From Camelus ferus (Eukaryota): a DNA stretch of 64,000 nucleotides. A program made the position numbers and the translations under genes. The stretch spans positions 78,866,001 through 78,930,000 of the forward strand of contig NC_045696.1 of assembly GCF_009834535.1 (NCBI RefSeq), in the 5' to 3' direction. Numbering within the stretch: position 1 is the stretch's first letter; every line of letters begins with the position of its first letter. The notes beneath the pieces are model-generated. The model made no database searches and was not told where the DNA came from. It saw only the letters and a program-made list of their open reading frames with translations. This document shows positions 50,974-63,540 of the stretch, one piece after another.

Positions 50974-51006
50974 GCAGGCCCCCTGCTGGCCAGACTGGGA
51001 ACTACA
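50974..51006 (-). promoter_or_regulatory. CTCF binding motif, reverse orientation, with upstream (U/M2) module
   Basis: Minus strand TGTAGTTCCC-AGTC-TGGCCAGCAGGGGGCCTGC: core matches CCASYAGRKGGC and TGTAGTTCC resembles the TGCAGTTCC upstream module. Confidence 0.75.
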
Positions 51007-51114
51007 AAACTTTCCCTGTTAAATCTGGTTTCCAGGGAGAGGTCTCCATGTCTGGATGTCCACAAAAGGTCATTAGCAGGGAAAAAAAATGCAGACTAAC
51101 TTGATGATACTGTG

Positions 51115-51300
51115 GGCTTTGGGCAGATAATAAACTTCTATGGCATTTGCTTCTTCCTCTGTAAATAATTTACTATTCTGCAAATAATAGTAGTTCCTTC
51201 ACAGCTGTTGGGTATGTTCTGTGTTAGGTTGAAATGGGATGCTGGGAAAACTCCTAGATCAGTGCTTTGGCACACGGTAGTCACCTCAATGAATGCTGTT
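51115..51300 (+). mobile_element. MIR SINE
   Basis: CTTTGGGCAGAT...CTTCCTCTGTAAA...ATAATAGTAGTTCCTTCACAG...GGCACACGGTAGTCACCTCAATGAATG. Confidence 0.75.
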
Positions 51301-51689
51301 GGAATCCGAATTTCTGCAGAAGTCAAATGGTGGAATTTCTGGCATCACAAAGCTAATGTGGACACTTTCCTTCCATGAGCCTTTCAGAGCACATATTTGA
51401 CAGCTCCTCCACCTCTGGCCCTACCTGCAGGACAAATGTCACCTAATTATTGTGTTCATTCATTGACACAGGCCTCCACCCAGTGAGAGGGTCATCCTGA
51501 AAGGGACTCGCCTAGATGTTGAGTTGTAGGACGAGACTTCTACCCTGTCCAGACTGGCTTCCCTCTGCAGGTTAGTTCAGATCTCCCAGAATTAGAAAAT
51601 AGTGCCTTGACCACACATCCACTCTCATGCTTAAGAAAAGATAACCTGGACCACATATTCACTCTCACTCTTTGTACTATTACTGCTAC

Positions 51690-51905
51690 TACTGGTAGCA
51701 GCTAACATTCATACCCACTTAGAATGAGGCACACATTGTCCTAAGCCCTTTGTGTCTTATTTTATATAATCCTCAAAGCAAACCTAAGAGGTATGTACGT
51801 TTCTTGTTGTCATCACGTTACGGATGAGGAGCCCGTGGTTTACATCCCTTGTCCCAGCCTTACATACGCTCAATATAGCAAGGGTAAATGGGCTCCCACA
51901 AGCTG
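51690..51905 (-). mobile_element. MIR SINE
   Basis: GCAGCTAACATT...GTCCTAAGCCCTTT...TAATCCTCA...GTTACGGATGAGGA. Confidence 0.7.
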
Positions 51906-52089
51906 GCTCCAGAAAATGGGCATAAAAACATGCAGTTCAGTACAGACCAAATCAGGACAGATTCCATGCATTTTGTCTTTGTCATTAAATGACACCTCAG
52001 GGGAGGGAAATGCGAGCATTAGATAAATGTGGTTTGGTGAATGTCACTTAATAACAACAATAAAGACAAAAAAAATTAATGAAAATATA

Positions 52090-52950
52090 ACTATTATTTT
52101 AAAACAGAAATAAAACAAGGTCCCATTTTTTAATTCTCAAATTTGGCAATTTAAATAATAATGTTCAATGTTGGGAATAATGGTATGAAATGAACATTCT
52201 CATAGTCTACCGGGGGAGTAAAAATTAGTATATTTGTAGAGGCAAAATATATCAAGGGCTTTGCAAATTTTCACACACTTTGATTGAATGATGCCCCATC
52301 GAGGGGTTTATCTCAAGTAAGTAAGTTGTATAAAGTATTTATATGTAAGGATATACATCATAATATATTTAATACCAGCACAAAGTAATAGCTAGCAACT
52401 TGAGACCCAGGCTCAAAAAAACATCTGAGTTCAAATCACAACTTTACAGTGACTAGTTCTTTGAGTTTTGGGGGAGGCTATCTCCCTAAGTGTCAGCTTC
52501 CACACTTGTAAAATGATGTTTTGTGTAATGAATTACTCTGAAGAATGTCTGACACACAGTATGTGCTCAACAAGTATTAGCTATCTTAGTTTCATTTTCT
52601 CTACTATCATTAATACCTATTAATCTAAATGTACAGCAGTGTAGGATGATTGCTTTACATATAATCATTTATTTAGTGGAGTCATGTTTTTGAAGATCAA
52701 TAATGTATAGAAATGATAACAATCAACCGAGTGACAAACAGTGCAAGATTAAAGAAATTATCATAATTTTTTATAATATAGTGCATGGATGTATGTGCAT
52801 ATGTATAATTGTAGAAAGAAAAAAGGAAAAACCTTAGAATGTTAATACTAGGTAGTTCTGGGGATTATAGATGACTTGTGTATTTTCCAGATTTTCTGTA
52901 TTGGATATATGTTAGTTTTATAATGAGAAAAAATACTTTAAAATATGATT
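52090..52950 (+). mobile_element. L1ME-type 3' end interrupted by a MIR (about 52390-52590)
   Basis: TCAAATTTGGCAA...TGAAATGAACATTCTCATA...GTAAAATTAGTA; MIR CTGAGTTCAAATC...TGTAAAATG...ACACAGTATGTGCTCAACAA; L1 tail GGGATTATAGATGACTT. Confidence 0.7.
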
Positions 52951-53959
52951 TTAAAGGAGTTTTTTTTTTACAACAGATGACTTTAATATATACACAAACA
53001 CACACACATAAGATGATGGTAATTGTTTTGAAGGCTGCAACCAAGGACATTTGTGGAATTGTGACTGCCCGTATCTATTTCCATTTTCCAGCAGGAAGCT
53101 CACGTGTCTTTAGGAAGGGCATGTTGTCCTCATTGAACACAGCCTAGTGGGATTGTCTTCTTTCTAGTAAATCCTTGTCAAACCTGGGCAGAGTATTAGG
53201 AGACAATGGCCTCCAGTATCTGGAGCGTAGGAGTTAGTTCTACTCTCAAGGTCTGGCACTTGGTGAACCTGGAATGAGCCCACTGAACTGTAGCCTGGCC
53301 TCAACCCAATGGAAGTCTGACTGACCTACACTGGTAGATTTCACTCTGACCTCTGAGTATACTTCATTTCCCCTGATACGGCCAACGTTTTCTAAACTGT
53401 CGCCTGCTTCACTGATGGTTTCCAAGACTTGGGCCATGCTTTCTGTACCCACTGTTCTTTAGTGACATCTCTTCTAACCTAGATGAAACATGTGGCGTCG
53501 GTGATGTGGTACGTCGGGAGAGGAGGACTGCTTGTGCACAGACCCCCGTGCTGTCCTGTACACTCAGCGGTTCTCTAGAGATTTCTCTGAGGTCCCCACT
53601 AAGTCCAGGTCCAAATTCAGACTCTGAATTTGGCTGGATGCAAAATCTCATAGACTAATTGGCCCCCTAATATCTGTAGTGCCTTTTCCTGGTTCATTAA
53701 ACTATTTCCTCAGATTGTCTCTTTCCTTGTTAATATAATAAACTCTCAGTTATTCGTATGTGTATTTACTGGAGCTTTTAAACGTATGTTTTACTGATGC
53801 AGTGATAACTGAAGTTAAGAATGATGCCTCTGAAATGTCATCATGATATTTTTAAAGCTCCATTTTCCAAACAAGTGAGATCATAATCTTGTTTGTTTAC
53901 TCTGTTTTGAACATAAAATTCCAAGAATTATTATATATGATAGAAAAGAAAGAAGTTTA

Positions 53960-54120
53960 AATGTCAAGATTTCTGTGTTTGGGTTCAGCTCTGGCTGGAA
54001 TAAAAAAAAAATGATCTTGAGTAGGTCCCTGAGTCTTTCTGGGCCTTTGTCCTTTATTTTTTTGAGTGAAGAGGTTATACTTAAGTATCAACAAGATTCT
54101 TTTTAGTTATGAAACGTTGT
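53960..54120 (+). mobile_element. MIR3-like fragment
   Basis: TGATCTTGAGTAGGTCCC...TCTGGGCCTTTGTCCTTTATT. Confidence 0.5.
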
Positions 54121-55596
54121 GCTAAATCTATTTGTGTCTGGGTCTGTATCTATGTCTACGTCATCTATCTATCTATAGATCTCTAATTTTTTTTTGAAGA
54201 ACTTAATTCTTTCTCTACAAATAGATACATACATTTCAGTTAGCTTTAGCTCTGGCTATAATCTCAATAATTTGCTTTAGCTGGAAGCATTGAAAATGGC
54301 TAGGTGGACTATACATAAAAGAGAATAATGGAGACTGTTTCTCAAATTTTGATTAAGATTTTGGGCTTTTGGTATTTTGGGGAAAGTTTTAGAGAGTGAA
54401 TCAGATTAATAACAGAAGTAGAGGAGCACCGCGATCCGGTGAGTAGAAACATCATTTAATAATAGCATGGTATGGAGTCCCGTGGGTAAATCTAAATGAA
54501 GAAAAATAATAAAATGAAACTTTTCTAAGCAATGGCATGACTTTTGGATTTTATATTAATTTTTAAAATAAATTAATAGAACAAAGAGAAAACCTCTGAC
54601 ATAACGCCAGAGAAGAATGTTTTAATACATATTTTCTGAACCAACACTTAAAAATAGTTATGTTACACCAGACAGGCACAGTGGTGCTTTTAGAAATGAG
54701 AGACGGATGATTTTTTTTTTTTGGCTTTTTCTTTACCAAAGCACTTACTCATTCACTCTTCCCACGTGCCCATTTACGCTACTTTTCCATGGTGGGATGG
54801 AGTAATCTTACTCGTACATCACTTCCCATAGAACAGCAATGTCTCCATCTCTCATGAACCTCATCAGGAACCACAGAAGTGAGACTGGTGAGGTGGGGGG
54901 ACGTTTGGGGTTGTTACTGGGCCTCTGAGAACATGGTTACTACCTTTATTTCTGCTGGTGCCTGAAACCTCACCATTCAAAATCTTCTTTTTGACTTAAG
55001 GTAATTTATCTCTCATTGAAATGCAAATACTTCCGGAAAGAGTATCATCTTTATACCAGTGATTCCCTTCTCAACCGTGGGAGGAAGACCTTAGGGCGAG
55101 AGAGGCTTCTGAGTAGAGGATGAGTGGGGAAAGCGCTCTGGGGAGTCTGAAGAGCAGAGAAGTATGAAGAAAAGGGGGCCAGTTGGACACAACCACAAGA
55201 TAGAATCACCCTGTTTGACAGTGTAGCCAGTGTTGGCAATGACTAATGCTTGACAAAGCCTGAAATGTCCCCAGCTCCCTTTAACTATAATACGGTTCCT
55301 TTGCACCAACTGTCCTGTGTCACCTTATAGATAGATGGTTGTATGTGGCAGGTTATTCTGACATAGTAATTTTGATGTATCAAAACGTAAAATTACCAGT
55401 TTACCAATAGATATCCTGTATGGTCATAACATCCCCTACTCTCTCTTTCTCACTAACCTCAACCGTGGCACTGATTTTCACCCTATATTTGAACCTTATT
55501 CCATCTCTCATCCTATCTGGCACTAGGGCTGTGGGCCAGGGATCATATATGAATGTCTGTTTGCAGACCACTCAGTAAATTGAACAGGCAGATACT

Positions 55597-55634
55597 TTGT
55601 TTGTTTGTTTGTTTGTTCATTCGTTTGTTTGTTT
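55597..55634. repeat. (TTTG)n microsatellite
   Basis: TTTGTTTGTTTGTTTGTTTGTT with an interruption. Confidence 0.85.
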
Positions 55635-55759
55635 TGCTTAGAAATGACCCTGGCATCAAACTGCATGTGCCTTACAGTTGCTGGCAAATAATAAAAGCTT
55701 AGGATATGCTTTTCAAAAATCTGGAAGAGTAACTATGTGTGTCTCACTGATTAGACTGA

Positions 55760-56075
55760 ATTCAACTAACGAGTTTTGAATACCTCTTAAGCACGAGACA
55801 TTCTCCTGGGCACTGTGAATGCAAAGATGAAAAAAAATTATACCAAACTTCTAGTAGCTTAGTGAGAGGAGCAGACAGCTAATTCTACACCAGTGAGATA
55901 AGTGCTATTACAGTGGACAAAGGGGCATAGGACTCTTGTTTTTTTAGCAGGAGATTAGCAATAGCAAAGGCCTAGAGATGTGGAAACACAAGTCATTCTG
56001 GAGAATAATGAGCAGTCCTGTGTGGACAGGATTGCTGGGGATAAAGAGTGGCAGGAAACGAGTGAAGGAAGGAAG
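55760..56075 (-). mobile_element. L2 fragment
   Basis: ATTCAACTAAC...TTGAATACCT...CTGGGCACTGTGAATGCAAAGATGAA...GAGATAAGTGCTAT...GCAAAGGCCTAGAGATG. Confidence 0.75.
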
Positions 56076-57744
56076 TTCGTAACATGTGCGTCTTATTGGA
56101 AAATTGTTTAAAAAGTTCACTCATCTGGTTCTTTGTGGAAAGCACTTTGGGGAGCACATAAGACTATACAGCTTTTCCTGAGACTTACTTACAGGCCGGT
56201 GAGGAAGACAAGAAGAAAACATAAAAAGCAAGCAACAGGACTCATGGCAGGAACTACATTGTCTACATTATGTAATTCTTTGGGAGCCTAGTTCAATGCT
56301 AAGCCCAGAGCAGACACGGAATAAACAGATATTGAATGCATACTTAAAAAAATGTTTGCTGTGTTAACTTGAGAACAAACTTCATGAGTTACTGCATCTG
56401 CACAGTACCAGTGATTTCTATAAAGATGTAATCTTCTCTTAAATTGCGTCTTAGCTAGAGGACACCTTAGCAACTAGTTGAAAAGGTAATGCTCCCCGAA
56501 GAAATTATTAGTCAGAATAAGCAGAGAAAAATCCCTGGTTACTTGATAGGATTTAATCACTTTTTTCTAAAACTAAACTGAGAGTAAACAAGTTTTCTGT
56601 TTAAGATTTTGACTTCAAGATAAAATTTCTCTAATGTATTCCAAAAATCTGATTATAGCATATCTTTTATGATCTATTCAAATAAAGCAAATTTTTTCAC
56701 CCTCTGACACTGTCAAGAACAAAACGTATATTTGCTCTGGGTATCCTGCTGTATGGTCAACACACAATGAAATTCAGGGGTTTAGGCACAACAGAATAAT
56801 TGAAGTATAAGGATTATAAATCACAGTCATGTTTGTTTGAATAAATTTCTGTCAAACAGTATAGACAAGAAGTTCTAATAGACCTCATGTGCAAGATTAA
56901 ATAAGGAACCCACTTGGAGTAAATTTTATAGATGGATACAGTGCTCAAATACTCGGGTTATTTTATTTGAAGAGAGAGCTTTGAAACTGAAATAAACAAA
57001 CCCCCTAAATCTGAAAGCGTAGGTTCAAGCCCCAAAGCCTTGGAGATAGTCTGAGTACTCTTAATGATTCCTCTTCTTGATGCTTTATTGCAATTGTAAT
57101 TTTGCTAAGCAGACAACGCCTGTCAGCACTTTCGTCAGAGTTTCAACAAGGTGATCTGTTCAAACAAGTACATGAACGCCATCAAACAACACGCAATTTG
57201 TAGTTTCATTTTTGGCAGGAGACATACTTTCCCATAACGGCAGGTCAGAGTTGCAAGCCAGTCTTCTTTTTTGATCTTTGTCAAGAGCATAACTGGGAGG
57301 CAAAAATAGCTTTGCTTATTTGTCTTTTGCTTATTAGCTGCGTAACTTGATTAACAGCTTAAAAGGAAGCATAGCTGTACCAGTCCCCTATGTACTAATA
57401 AACGAGTTCATACTGTACTTTGTTACTTCTCACATGCATAACACAGCAGTCATTGTGACACCAAATGCTCCTTTCTAACAGCAGATGGAACTTGGATAAA
57501 GCAAAAATGTGTTAGGGAGATCACCATATAGGTCTGCTTATTTGCATAAGAAAATCTCCTTGCGATAAACTTACGGGGAACAGAAAAGTGGATTTCTAAG
57601 GAAGACTTGATCCGTGAATGGCAACTTCGGCTCCCTTACACCATGCGTGCCATTTTTACTGCATGCAAAGTCTTCTGGTAAGCGAAAGAACAAGTATAAT
57701 ATATTGGGAATATGCAGGGAAATGAAAGTGTTATACAGATATAA

Positions 57745-57872
57745 CTCTATCTGTTATTTAAATGTATTTATATAAAATATGCAAAATATTTCTATAAAAT
57801 ACATTTTATATAAATATGTATTTTTATATTACATATAATATATGATATATGTAAATTATATGTGTATATATT
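57745..57872. repeat. AT-rich low-complexity tract
   Basis: Repeated TATAAAATA/ATAT units. Confidence 0.75.
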
Positions 57873-58896
57873 ATTGTCAGCAGAAAGAGGAGAGACTAGA
57901 ATAAAATCATCTCAAGTATCAGAGATTCTTGCCCTTAATCAAACCTTTAATACTTGCCTTTGGAAAGATAGATGTCTGGAAAATCAGTTGCTTTTGCTCT
58001 ATGAAGAGTCAAATATGACATTTCCTGATGACTGTCTGTAAAAGCAGAGCCTGTTTGGTCACAAGGGAATGGATTTTGGAAGTACGCAGATACCATTAAA
58101 GTAACGAGAGCCTAAGATGGGAGCTTATTTAGGTAACAGTTATAAGCAGCCAACTAATAACTCATGTACACATGCGTAAACCAGTGCCTCTATGTAAACA
58201 TAATGAAATGTTTTCTTCAACGTGTATACATGCATAAATGAATCTGCTAATGATTGAAGTAAAATAATCTTGGTGAATATAACCTATAATAAAAATGTTT
58301 GATGTTTTTATAACTACAAAATCGTTTACTGTTAATTTTAAACTAATTTCTTAGCTCTATCACACACACACAAAAATGTACTTCTCTGAGTACCCTAAAA
58401 AGTTGCAAGTTTTCATTTTTTTCTAAAACTTAAAAATGAACCATTGGGCACCTCTTCTATTACTGTAAGTTTCACAATTGGATGAGTTTTGTTTTGTCTT
58501 GGCTTTTTTAAACCATCCAAAATCTTGGTAGGTGCTATTTCTTCACTTGATATTTTCTTTCATTTTAAAAATATGGAGCAAAAAATTGCATTTGGCATCA
58601 TAAACAAAAAAGCCTAAAACTCTTATTCACCAGTCTACTTAAATATAACTCAGCAAAATAGAAAATGTGCTTCCTAAATCACATAACAATTTGCTATTAA
58701 AAACCGAGTTGTAGCACAGTGCTCAAGTGTTGTCCCTTTTCTACTCTTATGTCCCAGGTGGCATCATGTTCTCATTTATTGAATGCCCCTGATATGCAAG
58801 TCACCTAGTTGTAAATTGGCTTCCCTAGCAGCCTAATAACTTGGAGACTTTTTGTAAAACAATTGTAATAATAAAACTCAGACAAGTGACCCCAAA

Positions 58897-58915
58897 ATGG
58901 CCCTAGAGGGCAGAC
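58897..58915 (+). promoter_or_regulatory. Weaker CTCF-like motif, forward orientation
   Basis: ATGGCCCTAGAGGGCAGAC; the CTAGAGGGCAG part matches, the 5' CCA part has two mismatches. Confidence 0.35.
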
Positions 58916-60121
58916 CTGCAATTTCCTGATTCACACTTTCCTTATTCCCTCATTTGTTAAGTTTCACAACATCAATTTTTATACTGTTGCTGTTTTATCC
59001 TGGCCAAATGGTTGTTGAATTTTAATGAACTGTCTCCCTTTGACAAATGAGTTATTGTTTGATATATTACATTAGGGATATAGAGAATAAACTACTTATG
59101 GATACTAGATATTTGGATAAAATACATTTACATAATACTGGACTATTAGTGTAATGAGTTCTATTAGTTGTAAAAAGGCTAATACACAGCAGACTTTGTA
59201 ACCCGCTGAAGAATGATGGACATATACATAATTTAAATCCCAGTACCTCAGATGAAATGGCAAGTACTTTCACATTATGTAACTTGAATTTGTTTCCTTT
59301 ATTATAGTGCTAGGAAAATTTCACTTTCATGAAATAGATTTGAAAGACAGGGAAACTTCTTCTGGCTACTAACAATTACTTCATCGTTGTGTGGTGCGTT
59401 TATGGATAAAAGTTTTATTGCTGATTTATTTTTATATTTTCTAAAATTATCCAACTATTATTGAACACTCTTTTCACTATTCATAGTACCTTTATAATCA
59501 TACATTGTAAAATTGTATTAAAAATTCTAACACTCAGGTTGATAAACGGACAAAGTATATGAACAAACAATAAAAACACAAAAAATGATCACTTAAATAG
59601 GGTGGTAGTTGAATGTAGTACTAATGAAACGAAATAGGTAGTTGAAGAGTAATTTAAAATATTGAAAACACTGGAGCTATGCTCCTCTTCCCCCGAAATG
59701 CTTCCATCTCAGGGAAAAGTGCTATTTTTTTTCTCTCATGTGAGGGTGTAGGACTTGGATTAAAGGTACTCTTTGCTCCGTATCTTCCATTCATACTTGG
59801 GTTTCAAAACAATTTACTCAGACACTGTTACAGTAAAGGAAAATATTTCAAGCGAACTCCCACATACTCAGAAGCTAAATGGCCCAAAGTTTCAAATACC
59901 CGCAATTTAAAAATATTAGTATATGCTAATTATGGGCATGCTGATGAGGCCCTTCAAGATTCTGAAGTGCTTTTCCAATCACTGTAGAAAGAGGAAATTA
60001 TATTTGGTATGACTTTAATGTTAAGTGCTTGTATGTTATTTTATTCTAGCTATAGTAAAAATTTACACTCTCTAAATATAATAATTTTCTTCTAACCAGA
60101 TATTTAATTTCCATTTAGATT

Positions 60122-60355
60122 AGGTGGTGATTAAGAGCCCTGCTGGCTCTCTGAAGCAAACCAGAGTCCATTCTCTATCACTGACGAGCTTTGTAAACAT
60201 GGGCAAGGAGCCAAGATTATTTAAGCCTTGGTTTTCTCACCTGGAAAACAGGATAACCAAACCTACACTTCCTGTTGTTGTTTCGAGGATAAATAATACA
60301 ACAAAGACCCACTACATGGACCATATGAGAGCTTTATAAATAATCAGTACTAACT
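60122..60355 (+). mobile_element. MIR SINE, near full length
   Basis: GTGATTAAGAGC...ATGGGCAAG...AAGCCTTGGTTTTCTCACCTGGAAAAC...GTTGTTTCGAGGATAAA. Confidence 0.85.
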
Positions 60356-60384
60356 GTTCTTTTTATTGTTGTCGACGACTGAGA

Positions 60385-60645
60385 AGGCAGTGGAGTGCGT
60401 GATTAAGAGCAAGGACTTGGGGGTCAGACGGACTTGGGTTCTCATCCTGGTCTTGCTGCTTCCCTGCTGTAGAGACTTTGACGTTGTTTCTAAGATTTCT
60501 AACTCTGAGTTCCCTCTACGGTAGCAGGGAGCTTGTAATAGTTCTTATTTCATAGGATTATTTTGAGGATTAAATAAAACGGCACGTGAAAGGTATTTAT
60601 TATACCAGCTGGAACAGAGCAATTACTCACTGAATGGTAGCTCCT
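60385..60645 (+). mobile_element. MIR SINE, near full length, tandem to the previous one
   Basis: GGCAGTGGAGTGCGTGATTAAGAGC...GTCAGACGGACTTGGGTTC...TCATAGGATTATTTTGAGGATTAAATAA. Confidence 0.85.
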
Positions 60646-61049
60646 GTTTTGGTGCTATTATTTATTATTTTTACCATGATTGGCTATTATTCTGTACCTT
60701 TTCATTTCTTGAAACATTCTGGGTGAACAGATACTTACTATGTACAAATTCAAATATATCATATACAAATATAAGTAGACAAAATGCAAAACTAAAAGCC
60801 AAAAGAACTTTAGAAAAGCATAAAGTATGATACAAACATGCCGTGAGGTGATTATGAGCGTTATTTTTATTATTAAAATCATTCGGCAGCTATTTGTTCT
60901 GCCTTCAAAACTTTATTCTCTTTGATAAACATCATTTAAGTGTTTACGTTCTAGAACTCAAATAGCTGTTTTTAAAAATTATTTTACAAGTCTTTTAATT
61001 TTACTGTTGAATAAGCACTAGAACATATTCATTTAATAACACGTGTGTT

Positions 61050-61290
61050 GATTCATTCATAAATATGTAATGAGTATCTACTACGCTCTAAGAGCTGTGC
61101 TTGGTGTGGAGGATACAAAGGTAACTGAAGCACTGTCCCTAGCATCTAGGAGCCCATCCTCCCAGCAAAGCCACAATATTACTTTAACTAATGAGAAAAC
61201 CGTGAGCAGAGGGCAGCGATTAGGGAACGTTTCTCCCAGGAGCCCATCAAGTCAAGGTGGAGCTAGATACAGTTCATGTCATCATTCATG
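61050..61290 (-). mobile_element. L2 3' end followed by MIR fragment
   Basis: ATTCATTCATAAATATGTAATGAGTATCTACTACG...GGATACAAAG; ATGAGAAAACCGTGAGCAGAG. Confidence 0.7.
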
Positions 61291-62134
61291 ACTTCCAAGA
61301 AGCTCTCCATCTAGAGGCCTCATCCTAAAGTCTGCAGGCTTTTTTGGGACTTGGTTGGGTTTGGTTGACTCCCTATTATGGTTGCCGAGTTTCCTAAACA
61401 GCTCTATGCTTACACATCCCTAACCCTCTGATCTGAGCTAATAAGCACGTCACTAGGATGGGATTTGAAGTTGTTCTCTTTGGCCCCTGATCTAATTACT
61501 AGATGAGAATAAAATAATCAACTATTTCCATGGGACTGGAACAGTGTTCAAGGCAGGATGCATCCTGAAGGATTTGAGATATCAAGGATGCTACTTTCAC
61601 ACTTCAGCATCACTGAGTCCTTGTCCTGTGGCCCCTTTCCTTCTTACCTCCCACCATGATGTTTGTACATATTTTCCTCTACTAGTTAGTTACTCTTGTG
61701 AGAACAGAGATCATTTATAATTGTGTCATCCTTCCCCAAGGCACATACCATGCTGCTTCATACAGTATAGACACTCGATATTTAGATAGATATTATTATT
61801 AAGAAAACGAATCATCTACACCAAGTCTCCTGGCCTTTGAATTACTGTGCACAGTCAATGCCCTTCTCCTTACACCTTGCCTTTGAATTTTCTACATCGA
61901 AATCCCATCAATCTTTCTGTCTCAGATAAAATTCAGGTAATCCATACAGCAAAAACACTTTGATCTTTCTAAATTCAGAAAGCACCCTGCTTTGTGCCAG
62001 GTACTGGCTAAGTGTGTGCTATGTGTGCTGGGGACAGAACAATGGTAAGGTACACACATGCTTGGCCTCTCTCATCCTCCACCAGACGGTCTGGCTTTAT
62101 TCAGATTATAGCTCAATAATCCAAAGAAAAAATC

Positions 62135-62275
62135 AGTAGTCTTCATTTTGCAGATGAGAAAAATAAAGCTCAGAGAGGTTAATGTATCTTATTTAAAGTC
62201 ATGTAGTATCTAATATGGGAGGCAAGGTACAAATCCAAGGCTGCTTCCTCAGGTCTGTGCCCTAAACCACTGTGC
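62135..62275 (-). mobile_element. MIR SINE
   Basis: CATTTTGCAGATGAGAAAAATAAAGCTCAGAGAGGTTAA. Confidence 0.85.
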
Positions 62276-63314
62276 TAAATTTATTTACATATCTTAAGTT
62301 CCAAAAGAGACCATATTCTTTGAGTTCAGATTCATGCATGATTGACCTCTCTATCCCTCAAAGCACTTAGAACATGCAAAGCAAGTGCTCAATAAATAGC
62401 TTTGGAATTACCATGTCTAACTTAAACATCAACAATCAAAGACCTGCTTGCTTATTTATTCCTGACCACTTGGAGGAAGGAAAAAAAAAAAAAGTAAAGA
62501 TAGTAGCCAAATTTGACACTTCTTTTAAAAAAAAATTTTATGTATGTATATATGTATGTATGTATTTTTGCTGGTATTAAACTCAGAAGTTGTCCAAGAG
62601 ACAGCAATTGGAATGTCTGCACTCTGAGAAGATGTGAAGAACTAAAATTCCAGCCACACCCCTCTGCTCAATGTGGCTCAACCAGAATCCCTCCTGCTGC
62701 TCTCTCTCACCTCCTCCTAGAGCCCCGTTCAAACCTGACACCTCTCAAGGGAGAAGTGAAAACAATTCCTTCTAACATGACAGGGTAAAAAGCTATGTTC
62801 GAGAAGCAGCACTGACTGACGAACATAAACCAGACTCTAATCTAGCAGAAATGATCAATTGGATATGCTAGTCAACCTCATTAGGTCTGATGCACAAGCA
62901 TTAGGCAAAACTCCTGCAATTTGTTCTGATTAGTCCTTGGTGATGTTTTAGCCCTGCATAATGCTAACTACCTACCATGAGAAAATAAAAGAAACTCCAT
63001 TCCATTCTCTTAAGGTCACAAAAATACTAAAAGAAAGTAGTAAAAGAGCCAAAGAAGCTGAAATTTAAAACTGAAAACAACGGGACTATATAGAACAACA
63101 GGTAGGGGACAGGGAGAAAAAGATAATGGTGATTTTGTTTCAGGAAAAGTGATTTGAAGTAACACTTGAAGGTTTCTCAAGCACCAGGTGTAAATGCACA
63201 CATAAAGCAGAAGCTGCAGGATGCTTTATTGATGATAGTCTCTTAGGGCCTTTGCAAAAGCTCTTTCCTTCTTGAACATCAATTCTGCTAGTTTTATTAA
63301 TATAGTTTATTTCC

Positions 63315-63470
63315 CTTATCCAATAAACATTTATGGAGTGCCCACTATGTTCTAGGCTTTATGTTAGGAGCTGGAGATACAGTGAGATGAGTCCCTGTTC
63401 TCAAGAAGGTCTCAACCTAGTGTGCGAAGACAGATATAAAGAAGAAAGTATAATCTAAAGGGATAAATGC
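63315..63470 (-). mobile_element. L2 3' end
   Basis: CAATAAACATTTATGGAGTGCCCACTATGTTCTAGGC...GCTGGAGATACAG...TCCCTGTTCTCAAG. Confidence 0.85.
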
Positions 63471-63540
63471 AGTTTAAATCTAAATATAAAAATTCAGCAG
63501 ATTTTTCCATTAATTTCTATTCTAGGCTACCATTGCCAAT

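Noticed and set aside
54812..54884. Minus-strand exon candidate with two open frames
   Set aside because: Weak donor (CGA|GTAAGA) and unrecognised peptides
57022..57032. Pol III B-box-like GGTTCAAGCCC (tRNA or tRNA-derived SINE?)
   Set aside because: No A-box, cloverleaf or SINE body/tail around it
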